Origin: Acidobacteriota bacterium
GTDB taxonomy: Bacteria; Acidobacteriota; Vicinamibacteria; Vicinamibacterales; UBA2999
Assembly (NCBI GenBank): GCA_021730945.1
Contig: JAKFYH010000028.1
Span: 1,472-65,471 of the forward strand
DNA length: 64,000 bases
Direction: 5' to 3'
Part shown: positions 20,446-30,031 of the stretch, in pieces
Position numbering within the stretch: the first letter of the stretch is position 1
How the letters are laid out: every line of letters begins with the position of its first letter
The notes under the pieces: model-generated
Database searches by the model: none
What the model was told of the DNA's origin: nothing
Seen by the model: only the letters and a program-made list of their open reading frames with translations
Translations under genes and position numbers: made by a program

Positions 20446-21587
20446 TGCGTCTGGTGATTCTTGCTTCGTTGGCTGTTCTCGCGTGGCCGAGCGCGGCCTG
20501 GGCGCAGCCCACCAATCCGGGCACGGCGCCGACGCAACCGGCCCAGCCGCGCGACCCCGCCCTGGCGCCCACCCAGCCGGCGCAACCGCGCGACCCGGCC
20601 TTGGCGCCGACCGAGCCCGGGCGCACGCCGAGCGACCTCGGCAACGCCCGCACCGAGCCGGCCATGCGCCAGGTTCCGGCGCGCGACGCCGGTTTTGGAT
20701 CCGGCCGGAGCCCCAGTGACCCCAGCCGCAACGCCGGGGAAATGCGGCAAATCGATCAGAACGATCTGAACCGGATGACCGACCAGCGGCGTGGCAACCA
20801 GGTGCAGGAGAACCGGCAGATCACACAGCGCGACCTCGACATCATGCGACAGGAGGAACGCAACCGGCAGCTCGATCCGTTCCGTCGCCAAGACCCGGTT
20901 CGTCAGAACGAACAGGGGCGCGATATCCCCACCGCCGAGCAGGCGCGCGAGATGCAGCGGCAGTCGGCGGAACTGCAGCGCCAGGCCGAGGAAAACTTCA
21001 GGCGGGCGGCGGATCTCGATCGGCGCACCGCCGATGCCCTGCGCAACTCCATGGAGCGGAGCCGGCAAGTGTTCCAGGGTGCGCTCGACCGTGGCCTGGC
21101 CGCCGCGAACATCGCGATGCAGGCGTGGCAGATCCTGCACCCGAGCGACCACACCTGCCTGTCGAACACGTCGCCGGCGGCGATGCCGATCGTGCCGTCG
21201 ATGTGTGCCGGTTCGGCGGAATGCGCGTCGTGCTATTCGCAGGCGTACGGCCGTCTCGACCGGACGCGCGGCAACCTGGAGAAGCTGCGCTGCATCTACC
21301 GCTGGAACCAGGAATACGTCGAGCGGGCGAAATCGTTTGGCGACAACGTCAGCAGCGTTCACGGCATCTCGGGCCTGGCGTGGCAGCAGGAGCGGCGCAA
21401 GATCGAGCGCGCCTTCGACCAGATGGGCGTGACCTACGACGGCAAGTACCGCGAGCTGCTCGGTTATGTCCGCGAGGACCTTGGCAGTATCGGCGCCTGC
21501 GAGGCCCGTTTCTTCGACAACCCCGACTGGGCCGTCCGCTACGGCTTCATGTTCTACGGCTTCCTCGAGGATCGCTATCGCCGCTGA
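20445..21587 (+). CDS. Hypothetical secreted protein with a Pro/Gln repeat, a Q/R-rich coiled region and a Cys-rich C-domain
   Basis: It has a signal peptide. A 39-nt tandem repeat (20526-20564 and 20565-20603) encodes 'APTQPAQPRDPAL' twice. The C-terminal part carries 7 Cys. Confidence 0.5.
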   Translation: MRLVILASLAVLAWPSAAWAQPTNPGTAPTQPAQPRDPALAPTQPAQPRDPALAPTEPGRTPSDLGNARTEPAMRQVPARDAGFGSGRSPSDPSRNAGEMRQIDQNDLNRMTDQRRGNQVQENRQITQRDLDIMRQEERNRQLDPFRRQDPVRQNEQGRDIPTAEQAREMQRQSAELQRQAEENFRRAADLDRRTADALRNSMERSRQVFQGALDRGLAAANIAMQAWQILHPSDHTCLSNTSPAAMPIVPSMCAGSAECASCYSQAYGRLDRTRGNLEKLRCIYRWNQEYVERAKSFGDNVSSVHGISGLAWQQERRKIERAFDQMGVTYDGKYRELLGYVREDLGSIGACEARFFDNPDWAVRYGFMFYGFLEDRYRR

Positions 21588-21596
21588 CGGCTGCCG

Positions 21597-23372
21597 TCAG
21601 CGCGACAGGATCACGAACTCGACGCGGCGGTTCTGCAGCCGGCCCTTCTCGGTGTCGTTGCCGGCAATCGGCTGCGACTCGCCGAAGCCCTTCGACTGCA
21701 GGCGATTGGCGGCAATCCCGGCCGTGGCCAGGTACGTCACCACCGCGGCGCTGCGCCCATCCGACAACTTCTGGTTGGCGGCGTCGTCATCCACCGAGTC
21801 GGTGTGTCCGCGAATCTCGATTCGCATCGCCGGCATCTCGCGCAGCAGCGCGGCCAGCCGATCGAGTTCGGCGCGCGACTCCGGCAGCAGTTCAGTCTTC
21901 GCCGTGTCGAAAAAGATGTTGTTCAGCCGGATTGGCACGCCGGTGGCAATCGGCACGAGCACCAGGTTGCTCTCGAAGACCTGCTGATCCTTGGCCTGCC
22001 GGAGGTCGATGCGATCGCTGATGGCCAGGTAGCCGGAGGCCGAGGCGCGAAAGCCGTAGTCTTCACCGATCGGCAGGGCGATCTGATAGCGGCCGTCGCT
22101 GGGATTGGCTCCGGCCTGCCCGGCGGACTGCGTGTTCTTGAGGAACTCGTACAGGATGCCGGCCGGCACCGGCTTGCCGGCCGGATCGGTCACCGTGCCC
22201 CGCACCAGGGCCACCGGCCGTGGCCGCATGGCCGCCGGTAACTCGAACTCGTAGATATCCTCTTTTCCCCGATCGCCGAGCGACATGAACGCCATGCGCC
22301 CGGTGGCATCGACGGCCAGGTTCATGTCGGCCTGCTTGGTGTTGATGTCGGGCCCCAGGTTCTGAGGCGGCGACCAATTGCGCCAGGTGTCGTCGAGACG
22401 GCGCGACATCCAGATGTCGTTCTCGCCCAAGCCGCCGGAGCGGCCACTCGAAAAATAGAGCGTCTGGTTGTCCGGCGCCAGCCACGGAGATATTTCCTCC
22501 TGCGGAGAGTTCAGGGCCGGCACATTGACCGGCTTGTCCCAGCGTCCATCCGGCCGGATCAACGACACGAACAGGTCGCGGCTGCGATTCTGGCTCTCGC
22601 TGTTGACAATCGACAGAATCAACGCGCGGCCGTTGGGCGCCAGGAAGTAGTCGCTGCGCACACCGGGCTGGTGCGCGAAGCCAATCACCTTCAGCAACTC
22701 CGGTGTGCGCCAGGCATTGCCGTTACGGCGGGCAAAGCCGATCACCTTGTTCTGATCGTCGCGCGCCGGGTCGGGCGTCACGAGCGGCGCAGGTTTGCCT
22801 CCCGGTGCCGCGGCTGCGAGCACGTCGAGGAGGTTGACCTTGGGATCGATCTGCTTGGCGAAGTCGCCGAAGGGATCTCCCTGCTGCCAGGTGCCGACCA
22901 GCAGCGTGTTGCCGTCTGGCAGCGCGGTGACGACGCCAGAGCTCGAGATTTCGTTGTTCAGTGGCGCGTCCTGGCGTTCGGCCGGCCCCCACGAGCCATC
23001 GGGCTGGCGCGTGCTCTTGAACACGGTCTGCTTCATCGCGCCCACGGTGGCCAGCTTGGGCGCGGCAGCCCGACTCTGCTTGAGCAGGTCCTCCAGCATC
23101 TTGCGCTGCTCGGGTGGCACCTTGTCCAACTGGGTTTCGATGACCTTCAGGTCGGCTTCAACCTGTGCCGACACCCGGTCGCCAATCGCGGTATCGACGC
23201 CTTCACGGATAAACCACAGCGTCTGCCCGTCCGGACTGATGACCGGCAACAGCTCGCGGTGCGTGGTGGTGTTGACCGCGGGACCCAGGGGGCGTTTCTT
23301 GGCCGGGCCCTGGGCGGCGGCGGGCACCGACAGTGCCACCAGCAGTGCAATCGTCAGCAGTCGTGTGGCCAT
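21597..23372 (-). CDS. OmpA-family protein with TolB-like beta-propeller and CarbopepD-regulatory-like domains
   Basis: 591 aa with a signal peptide. It has WD40-like/TolB-type repeats and the C-terminal OmpA_C motif 'NIFFDTAK...IRGHTDS...NQKLSDGRSAAV...NRRVEFVI'. Confidence 0.75.
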   Translation of the reverse strand: MATRLLTIALLVALSVPAAAQGPAKKRPLGPAVNTTTHRELLPVISPDGQTLWFIREGVDTAIGDRVSAQVEADLKVIETQLDKVPPEQRKMLEDLLKQSRAAAPKLATVGAMKQTVFKSTRQPDGSWGPAERQDAPLNNEISSSGVVTALPDGNTLLVGTWQQGDPFGDFAKQIDPKVNLLDVLAAAAPGGKPAPLVTPDPARDDQNKVIGFARRNGNAWRTPELLKVIGFAHQPGVRSDYFLAPNGRALILSIVNSESQNRSRDLFVSLIRPDGRWDKPVNVPALNSPQEEISPWLAPDNQTLYFSSGRSGGLGENDIWMSRRLDDTWRNWSPPQNLGPDINTKQADMNLAVDATGRMAFMSLGDRGKEDIYEFELPAAMRPRPVALVRGTVTDPAGKPVPAGILYEFLKNTQSAGQAGANPSDGRYQIALPIGEDYGFRASASGYLAISDRIDLRQAKDQQVFESNLVLVPIATGVPIRLNNIFFDTAKTELLPESRAELDRLAALLREMPAMRIEIRGHTDSVDDDAANQKLSDGRSAAVVTYLATAGIAANRLQSKGFGESQPIAGNDTEKGRLQNRRVEFVILSR

Positions 23373-23399
23373 GGCCGTCTGTCTCCTGTGTGAAGCCGC

Positions 23400-24518
23400 C
23401 TACGCCTCGTCGTCTTTTTCGTCCAGATCGTGGTGGGTTTCCTCGGCGATCGAGACGCGCGCAAACACCGTCTCGCGAATCTCCGGCGGCGCCAGCTCGT
23501 AGGCGATCGCCTCGAGGTCGTCCGGGATGGGCGCCGTGAAGGTCATGCGCTCCTGGGTCCGCGGATGCGTGATCACCAGGCGCTCGGCATGCAGGAACGG
23601 CCGCGCCAGCCGGGTCACCGCCTTGAGCGGATGCGGGACGCGCCGGTGCACGCCGCCGTAGAGCGAGTCGCCCACGATCGGATGGCCGATGGCGCTCAGG
23701 TGCACGCGGATTTGGTGGGTGCGGCCGGTGTGGATCGCCACCCGCAGCAGCGTGACGCCTTGCAGATCGCGCGACCAGGTGACGCGGGTGATGGCCTCAC
23801 GCGAGCGGCTGGCCCGGGTCGACATCTTGATGCGGTTCTTGGGGTCGCGGCCGATCCGGGCGTTGATGCGCTTGCGCTGCTGGACCAGGCCCCAGGCGAG
23901 GGCGACGTACTCCTTCTCGACCTCGCGATCGTGGAACTGGCGGGTCAACTCGCGATGCGCCTCGTCGTTCTTGGCCACCACCATCACGCCGGATGTGCCC
24001 TTGTCGAGACGATGCACGATGCCGGGGCGGATCTCACCGCCTATCCCGCTCAGATCCCTGACGTGGTGGAGCAGGGCGTTGACCAGCGTGCCGCTGGGAT
24101 TGCCCGCCGCCGGATGCACCACCATGCCGGCCGGCTTGTTGACCACCACGATGTCGAGGTCGTCGTAGAGAATCTCAATCGGCAGGTCTTCGGCCTGCGC
24201 CGCCGTCGCCGCCGGCGCCGGCAACTCCACCGCGATCAGGTCGCCGGGGCGAATGTCGGAGTTGGCCTTGGCCTGCTGGTAGCGCGAATGGGTGACGTGG
24301 CCGGATTCGATCAGCCGCTGGATCTGCGACCGCGAGTAGTCGGGAATCTCGCCGGCGAGATAGCGATCGAGGCGATCGCCCTGGTTGTCCTCCTCGGCGG
24401 TGAAGCTCACCAGCCGCGATCGCGGATCGGACACTCGCGGGGCGGCGGCCGGCTTCTTCGTGGCGGCCTTGCGGCTCTTGCTCCGGTCCCTCGTTCCCGG
24501 CCCCTTGCCCTGGCTCAT
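23400..24518 (-). CDS. rluD: 23S rRNA pseudouridine synthase, RluD family
   Basis: It has an S4 domain plus the catalytic motif 'HRLDKGTSGVMVVAK'. The ATG at 24518 overlaps the lgt stop (ATGA). Confidence 0.85.
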   Translation of the reverse strand: MSQGKGPGTRDRSKSRKAATKKPAAAPRVSDPRSRLVSFTAEEDNQGDRLDRYLAGEIPDYSRSQIQRLIESGHVTHSRYQQAKANSDIRPGDLIAVELPAPAATAAQAEDLPIEILYDDLDIVVVNKPAGMVVHPAAGNPSGTLVNALLHHVRDLSGIGGEIRPGIVHRLDKGTSGVMVVAKNDEAHRELTRQFHDREVEKEYVALAWGLVQQRKRINARIGRDPKNRIKMSTRASRSREAITRVTWSRDLQGVTLLRVAIHTGRTHQIRVHLSAIGHPIVGDSLYGGVHRRVPHPLKAVTRLARPFLHAERLVITHPRTQERMTFTAPIPDDLEAIAYELAPPEIRETVFARVSIAEETHHDLDEKDDEA

Positions 24519-25345
24519 GAGAACCGGGGCTTGCGGGGCACCTGCGCGGTGCTGGCCACCTCGGGCGCGGCCGGACGATTGGCGCGGCTCAGGTACCACA
24601 GCATGAACAGGCTGACCGGTGCCAGCACGACCGAGATGAACTGCGACGTGGAGAGGGCATCGAACACCAGTCCACGGTCATCGCCGCGGTAGAACTCGAT
24701 CACGAACCGCAGCACGGAATAGAGGAACGCGAAGCTCCACACAGTGCGGCCCGGGAACGATCCCGGCCGCTTCTCGATCAGCAGCAGCGCCACCAGCAGC
24801 ACCAGTCCGGCCGCCGACTCGTACAGCTGCGTCGGATGCAGCGCCACGTTGAGCGGCGTGCCGACGTTGAAGTTCGCGGCCGGGTCGGTGAAGGTGACCG
24901 CCCAGGCGACATCGGTCGGCTTGCCGTAGCAGCAGCCCGCCATCAGGCAGCCCAGCCGCCCGACCATGTAGCCGAGCGCAATGCCCGGCGCGAACAGGTC
25001 GCTTGACGGCCACAACGGCAGGTGATGCTTGCGCAACTGGTAGAGCCCGACAGCGATGGCCGCAATCAGCCCGCCGTAGAAGACGCCGCCCGACCGCAGC
25101 AGGGTGGTGAACTCGTCCCAGCTGCTGGTGAAGTGGTTGAAGTCGACGATGAACAGCAGGGCCTTGGCGCCGACCAGCGCGGCGATGATTACCCAGATCA
25201 ACAGGTCCATGATCCGGTTGCCGTCGATGCCGGCCGCCTTGGCCCGCCTGACCGCCAGCCACAGGCCGGACAAGTAGGCGGCCGCCAGCAGCACGCCGTA
25301 CGAGTAGATGGTGATCGGCCCGGCGCTAAACAGAATTGGATGCAC
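24515..25345 (-). CDS. lgt: Prolipoprotein diacylglyceryl transferase
   Basis: 276 aa, polytopic, with 'HPTQLYES' and 'GRLGC..AGCCYG'. Confidence 0.9.
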   Translation of the reverse strand: MHPILFSAGPITIYSYGVLLAAAYLSGLWLAVRRAKAAGIDGNRIMDLLIWVIIAALVGAKALLFIVDFNHFTSSWDEFTTLLRSGGVFYGGLIAAIAVGLYQLRKHHLPLWPSSDLFAPGIALGYMVGRLGCLMAGCCYGKPTDVAWAVTFTDPAANFNVGTPLNVALHPTQLYESAAGLVLLVALLLIEKRPGSFPGRTVWSFAFLYSVLRFVIEFYRGDDRGLVFDALSTSQFISVVLAPVSLFMLWYLSRANRPAAPEVASTAQVPRKPRFS

Positions 25346-25820
25346 GGCGTCCCAGTCCCAAGATATCGAAAATCATGAAAATCACGCCGACGGTAATCGC
25401 CGCATCGGCCACGTTAAACGCCCAGAAGTGCCAGCCGTTCCAGTGGGCATCGACAAAGTCGAGCACGTAGCCCGCGGTGGCGCGGTCGATCAGGTTGCCG
25501 ATCGCGCCGCCCAGCACGCCGGCAATGCCGACCCGTGCCAGCCGGTCGCCCAGCGGCACGGTAGCAGCGTACCATGCGACGCCGCCCAGGGCGACGGCCG
25601 CCACCAGCGACAGCACCACTGTCTTGAACGGAAATTCGACGGCGTTGAGCATGCCGAACGCCGCGCCGGTGTTGTGCACGCGGGTGAAATCGACCCACCC
25701 GGGTACCACCACCATGCTTTCGTGCAGCGCCAGGGCCGGACGAATCATGGCCTTGGTGACCTGGTCGAGCACGACCACGGTCACCGCGACGAACAGTTCC
25801 AGGCGCCGGGCGGCCAGCAT
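25326..25820 (-). CDS. lspA: Lipoprotein signal peptidase II
   Basis: 164 aa with 'NTGAAFG' and 'GGAIGNLIDR'. It lies directly downstream of ileS, the classical ileS-lspA arrangement. Confidence 0.9.
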   Translation of the reverse strand: MLAARRLELFVAVTVVVLDQVTKAMIRPALALHESMVVVPGWVDFTRVHNTGAAFGMLNAVEFPFKTVVLSLVAAVALGGVAWYAATVPLGDRLARVGIAGVLGGAIGNLIDRATAGYVLDFVDAHWNGWHFWAFNVADAAITVGVIFMIFDILGLGRRASNSV

Positions 25821-25821
25821 G

Positions 25822-28629
25822 CTACAGGCTCACCGGCTCGGCCAGGGCCTCGACGCAGCGCGAGCACAGGCCTTCGCGATCCGGCTGGGCGCTGACCTCG
25901 GGCACGTAGCGCCAGCAGCGCTCGCACTTGGTCCCGGCCGCGCGCTCGACCGACACCGAGACGCCCTCGGCTCCAGGCGCGCCGGCGCTGATTCCGACTT
26001 GCGACACGCCAAACAGCGTCGGCAGGAATTCGCGGTAGTCCTCCAGCAGGGCGCCGCTGGCGCCGGCCGCGGTGACCGTCGCCGCCGCCGACAGGTTGGC
26101 GGCAATTGTCTTGTCCTTGCGCTTCTCTTCCAGTTGCAGGTTGACCTGGTCGCGCACGGCGGCCAGCGTGGCCCAGCGTTCGACCAACGCGGCATCCTGC
26201 CATTGCGCCAGGTCCGTCGGGAACAGCGCCATGTGCACGGAGGCTTCGCGTTCGCCGGGCAGCATCCGCCACAACTCGTCCATCGTCACCGACAGGATCG
26301 GCGCCAGCAGCCGGGCCAGGCCGTCGACGATGATGAACATCGCGGTCTGGCCGGAGCGGCGGGCCTCGGACTTGGCGCCGAAGGTGTACATCCGGTCCTT
26401 GGTCACGTCGATGTAGAAGGCGCTCAGGTCGACGGTGATCAGCTGACTGGCGACCTGAAAGATGCCGGGGTAGTCGTAATCGTCGTAGGCCTTGACGATC
26501 CGCTCGGCAGCGTCGGCGAACTTCGCCAGGGCCCAGCGGTCGATCTCCTGCATGCGTGCCTTCGGCACGCGCTCATCCTTGGGGTCGAAGTCGTAGAGGT
26601 TGGCGACCAGCACGCGGATGACGTTGCGGATCTTGCGGTAGGCCTCCACGGTGCGGGCGAGCACTTCCTTGCCCACCCGGATGTCCTCGCGGTAGTCGAC
26701 CATCGACGCCCACAGGCGGAGGATCTCGGCGCCGCTCTGCTTGATGATGTCCTGCGGCGCGACCGTGTTGCCCAGCGACTTGGACATCTTGCGGCCCTGG
26801 TCGTCCATCACGAAGCCGTGGGTCAGCACCTGGTTGAACGGAGCGCGGCCGCGCGTGCCCACCCCGACCAGCAACGAGCTGTGGAACCAGCCGCGGTGCT
26901 GGTCACTGCCTTCGAGGTAGATGTCGGCCGGCCACCGGTGATCGGCGCGGAACGGCAGCACCGCCTCGTGGCTGGAGCCCGAGTCGAACCACACGTCGAG
27001 GATGTTGCTCTCTCGCTCGAATTCGCTGCCGCCGCACTCGGCGCAAGCCAGGCCGGCGGGCACGAATTCGGCGATCGGCCGCTCGTACCACGCATCGGCG
27101 CCGTAGAGGTCGAACACGGCTGCCGCCTGGTCGACCATCGCCTTGGTCAACACCGCCTGGCCGCACTTGACGCAATCCATCGCCGGAATCGGGACGCCCC
27201 AGACCCGCTGGCGCGAGATGCACCAGTCGGGACGGTTGGCGATCATGCCTTCGATCCTTGCCTGGCCCCACGAGGGGATCCAACGCGTGTCGTTGATCGC
27301 CTTGAGCGCCTTCTCACGCAGGTGCTGGGCATCCATGGCGATGAACCACTGGGCGGTGGCCAGGAAGATCACCGGGTGGTGGCAGCGCCAGCAGTGCGGA
27401 TAGGAATGTTCGAAATCTTCGCGCGACCAGAGCCGGCCCCGCTCCTTGAGCGCGGCCTCCACCTTGGGGTTGGCGTCCCACACCTTCAGGCCGGCAAACA
27501 GCTCGACCGACTCGTTGTAGTGGCCACCGGGATCGAGCGGCGCGTAGATCTCGAGCCCGTACTTCACGCCGGTGTGGTAGTCGTCGGCGCCGTGCCCGGG
27601 CGCCGTGTGCACCGCGCCGGTGCCGGCTTCGAGCGTGACGTAGTCACCGAGCACGCCGAGTGAGTCGCGCGCGTAGAGCGGGTGACGGAAGACCACGCGT
27701 TCCATGACGCGGCCCGGGAACGTGGCGACCAGCTTGTCGAACGACTTGCCGACCTTCTCTGAAACAGCCTTCGCCAGGTCCTTCGCGACGATCACGCCCT
27801 TGCCGTCGACGTCGTACAGGCCGTATTCGAACTCGGGATGGAACGCGATCGCGAGGTTGCTGGGAATGGTCCACGGCGTCGTTGTCCAAATGAGGACGGA
27901 GATCGATTGGAGAGCGGACGCTTTAGCGTCCGCTGAGCCAGCGACGGCTAAAGCCGTCGCTCTCCAATCGTCGGGATCCACCAGCGGGAACTCGACGTAG
28001 ATCGAGGGCGAAGTGTGCGGCTCGTACTCGACTTCGGCCTCGGCCAGGGCGGTGCGGCAATGCGTGCACCAGTGCACCGGCTTCTTGCCCTTGTAGACCA
28101 TGCCCTGCTCGACGAACTTGCCGAGCGCGCGGACGATCGCGGCCTGGTAGGGGTGGTTCATCGTCTTGTAGGGCTGGTCCCACTCGCCGATCACGCCCAG
28201 GCGCTTGAACTCCTCCCGCTGGATGTCCAGGTACTTGGCGGCATAGGCCTGGCATTCGCGGCGGAAGTCGGCCGTGCTCATCTGGCGCTTCCTGGGTCCG
28301 AGCTCGCGGTCGACGCGCAGTTCGATCGGCAGCCCGTGGCAGTCCCAGCCGGGGACATACGGCGCGTCGAACCCCATCATGTTGTGCGACTTGACCACCA
28401 GGTCCTTGAGGATCTTGTTGAGCGCGTGGCCGATGTGGATGTTGCCGTTGGCGTACGGCGGGCCGTCGTGCAACAGGAACTTCGTGGCGCCCTTGCGTGC
28501 CTGCCGAATCTGCCCGTAGAGGTCCATCTCATCCCAGCGGGCAACCGTCTCCGGTTCGGTGGTTTGCAGGTTCGCCTTCATCGAGAAGGCAGTTCGCGGC
28601 AGGTTGCAGGTGTCTTTCCAGTCGGCCAT
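25822..28629 (-). CDS. ileS: Isoleucyl-tRNA synthetase
   Basis: The start is '[13 protein letters not shown]' at 28629; the longer ORF reaching 28956 is a spurious extension. It has '[11 protein letters not shown]' (HIGH), 'WTTTPWT' (editing domain), 'KMSKS' and a C-terminal Zn finger 'CERCW...CSRC'. Confidence 0.95.
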   Translation of the reverse strand: MADWKDTCNLPRTAFSMKANLQTTEPETVARWDEMDLYGQIRQARKGATKFLLHDGPPYANGNIHIGHALNKILKDLVVKSHNMMGFDAPYVPGWDCHGLPIELRVDRELGPRKRQMSTADFRRECQAYAAKYLDIQREEFKRLGVIGEWDQPYKTMNHPYQAAIVRALGKFVEQGMVYKGKKPVHWCTHCRTALAEAEVEYEPHTSPSIYVEFPLVDPDDWRATALAVAGSADAKASALQSISVLIWTTTPWTIPSNLAIAFHPEFEYGLYDVDGKGVIVAKDLAKAVSEKVGKSFDKLVATFPGRVMERVVFRHPLYARDSLGVLGDYVTLEAGTGAVHTAPGHGADDYHTGVKYGLEIYAPLDPGGHYNESVELFAGLKVWDANPKVEAALKERGRLWSREDFEHSYPHCWRCHHPVIFLATAQWFIAMDAQHLREKALKAINDTRWIPSWGQARIEGMIANRPDWCISRQRVWGVPIPAMDCVKCGQAVLTKAMVDQAAAVFDLYGADAWYERPIAEFVPAGLACAECGGSEFERESNILDVWFDSGSSHEAVLPFRADHRWPADIYLEGSDQHRGWFHSSLLVGVGTRGRAPFNQVLTHGFVMDDQGRKMSKSLGNTVAPQDIIKQSGAEILRLWASMVDYREDIRVGKEVLARTVEAYRKIRNVIRVLVANLYDFDPKDERVPKARMQEIDRWALAKFADAAERIVKAYDDYDYPGIFQVASQLITVDLSAFYIDVTKDRMYTFGAKSEARRSGQTAMFIIVDGLARLLAPILSVTMDELWRMLPGEREASVHMALFPTDLAQWQDAALVERWATLAAVRDQVNLQLEEKRKDKTIAANLSAAATVTAAGASGALLEDYREFLPTLFGVSQVGISAGAPGAEGVSVSVERAAGTKCERCWRYVPEVSAQPDREGLCSRCVEALAEPVSL
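27904..27970. repeat. 67-nt compound palindrome (three-way junction) embedded in frame in ileS
   Basis: The outer stem cgattggaga (27904-27913) pairs with tctccaatcg (27961-27970). The inner hairpins are gcggacgc-ttta-gcgtccgc (27914-27933) and gcgacggc-taaa-gccgtcgc (27941-27960). Confidence 0.75.
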
Positions 28630-28650
28630 AACGTCCCTGTATTGTACTGT

Positions 28651-28740
28651 GACGGGAGGGCACTTCTGGTCGGGAGGGCACTCCTCGTCGGGAGGGCACT
28701 TCTGGTCGGGAGAGTCGGGAGGGGATGGCTTGTCGGGAGC
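28651..28740. repeat. 18-bp tandem repeat array in the ileS / M16-peptidase divergent spacer
   Basis: g[a/t]cgggagggcact[t/c]ct[g/c] occurs three times (28651-28704). Degenerate 9-nt half units gtcgggag(a/g/c) follow, up to 28740. Confidence 0.8.
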
Positions 28741-28747
28741 GCAACAG

Positions 28748-30031
28748 GTGCCGGACGTTCGGGAAACCACGCTGGACAACGGCTTGAAAGTGCTGGTGCA
28801 GGAGGTGCACACCGCGCCGCTGGCGTCGGTGTGGTGCTGGTACCGTGTCGGCTCGAAGGACGAGGCCCCGGGTGTCACCGGCGTCTCGCACTGGGTCGAG
28901 CACATGAACTTCAAGGGTACCCGGAACATTCCCCGTGACCAGGTGAAGGGCATCATCGAAAAATTCGGCGGCAGTTGGAACGGCTACACCTGGATCGACC
29001 AGACGACCTACCTGGAGACCGCGTCGAAGGACGCCCTCGACCGCATGCTGTTCATCGAGGCGGAGCGGATGGACGGCTGCCTGTACGACCCGGCCGACTG
29101 CGAGTCCGAACGCACGGTGATCATCTCGGAACTGCAGGGCGGCGAGAACGATCCCGAGCAACTGCTCGACACCGAAGTAACCGCGGCGGCGTTCAAGGTG
29201 CATCCCTACCACCACCCGACCATCGGCTGGTTGTCAGACCTGCAGACCATGACCCGCGACGACCTTTACGGCCACTACCGGCGCTTCTATATCCCGTCCA
29301 ACGCCACCATCGTCGTGGTGGGCGACGTCGATAGTGACGATGTGGTCAAGCGCGTGGCGGCGCACTTCGGCGGCATCGCCGCGGGAACCCGCCCGCCGCG
29401 CGTGCGCCAGATCGAACCCGAACAACAGGCGGAGCGGCGCGTGGTGTTGCGGAAGGAAGGCACTACGGCGTACTGGAAGGCGGCGTTCCACGCCCCCGCG
29501 TTTGCCGACCCGGCGTTCTTTCCACTGCTGGTGGCCGATGCGGTGCTGAACGGCGCGGCCGGCCTTAACATCTGGTCGGGCGGCAGCGTATCGCGGCCGC
29601 AGCGCAGCGCGCGGCTGTATCGCGCGCTGGTCGACGGCGGACTGGCCTCGAGCGTGAGCGGTGGCCTGATGCCCACCGAACATCCCTATCTCTACGGCTT
29701 GAGCGTCAGCGTGGCCGAGGGACAGTCGCTCGGGCCGGTCGAGCAGGTCGTGCTCACCGAGGTCGCGCGACTCCAGCGTGACGGCATCACGCCGGCGGAG
29801 TTCGCCAAGGTCAACGCCCAACTGCGAGCCCGGTTCGTCTACGACAACGACAGCGTCACCGACATCGCGCATCAGCTCGGCTTCTTCGAGACCATTGGCT
29901 CGTGGCGCGCGTGTCACGACTTGGGGAGCCGGCTGGATGCGGTCACACCAGAAGCCGTGCAGGCGGCCGCGGTGAAGTACTTGACGCCTGAGAACCGCAC
30001 TATCGGCTGGTTCGAGCCGGTGACCCAATAA
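28748..30031 (+). CDS. M16 (pitrilysin) family zinc peptidase, catalytic subunit
   Basis: I prefer the GTG start at 28748 ('[17 protein letters not shown]'). The inverted zincin motif is 'HWVEH'. Confidence 0.8.
   Translation: MPDVRETTLDNGLKVLVQEVHTAPLASVWCWYRVGSKDEAPGVTGVSHWVEHMNFKGTRNIPRDQVKGIIEKFGGSWNGYTWIDQTTYLETASKDALDRMLFIEAERMDGCLYDPADCESERTVIISELQGGENDPEQLLDTEVTAAAFKVHPYHHPTIGWLSDLQTMTRDDLYGHYRRFYIPSNATIVVVGDVDSDDVVKRVAAHFGGIAAGTRPPRVRQIEPEQQAERRVVLRKEGTTAYWKAAFHAPAFADPAFFPLLVADAVLNGAAGLNIWSGGSVSRPQRSARLYRALVDGGLASSVSGGLMPTEHPYLYGLSVSVAEGQSLGPVEQVVLTEVARLQRDGITPAEFAKVNAQLRARFVYDNDSVTDIAHQLGFFETIGSWRACHDLGSRLDAVTPEAVQAAAVKYLTPENRTIGWFEPVTQ

Noticed and set aside
28559-28747. An N-terminal extension of the M16 peptidase containing '[19 protein letters not shown]' repeats, possibly a repeat-containing leader or RiPP-like peptide.
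   Set aside because: The extension overlaps the ileS start on the opposite strand. It is simply the 18-bp tandem array read in frame. A GTG start at 28748 gives a normal M16 N-terminus.
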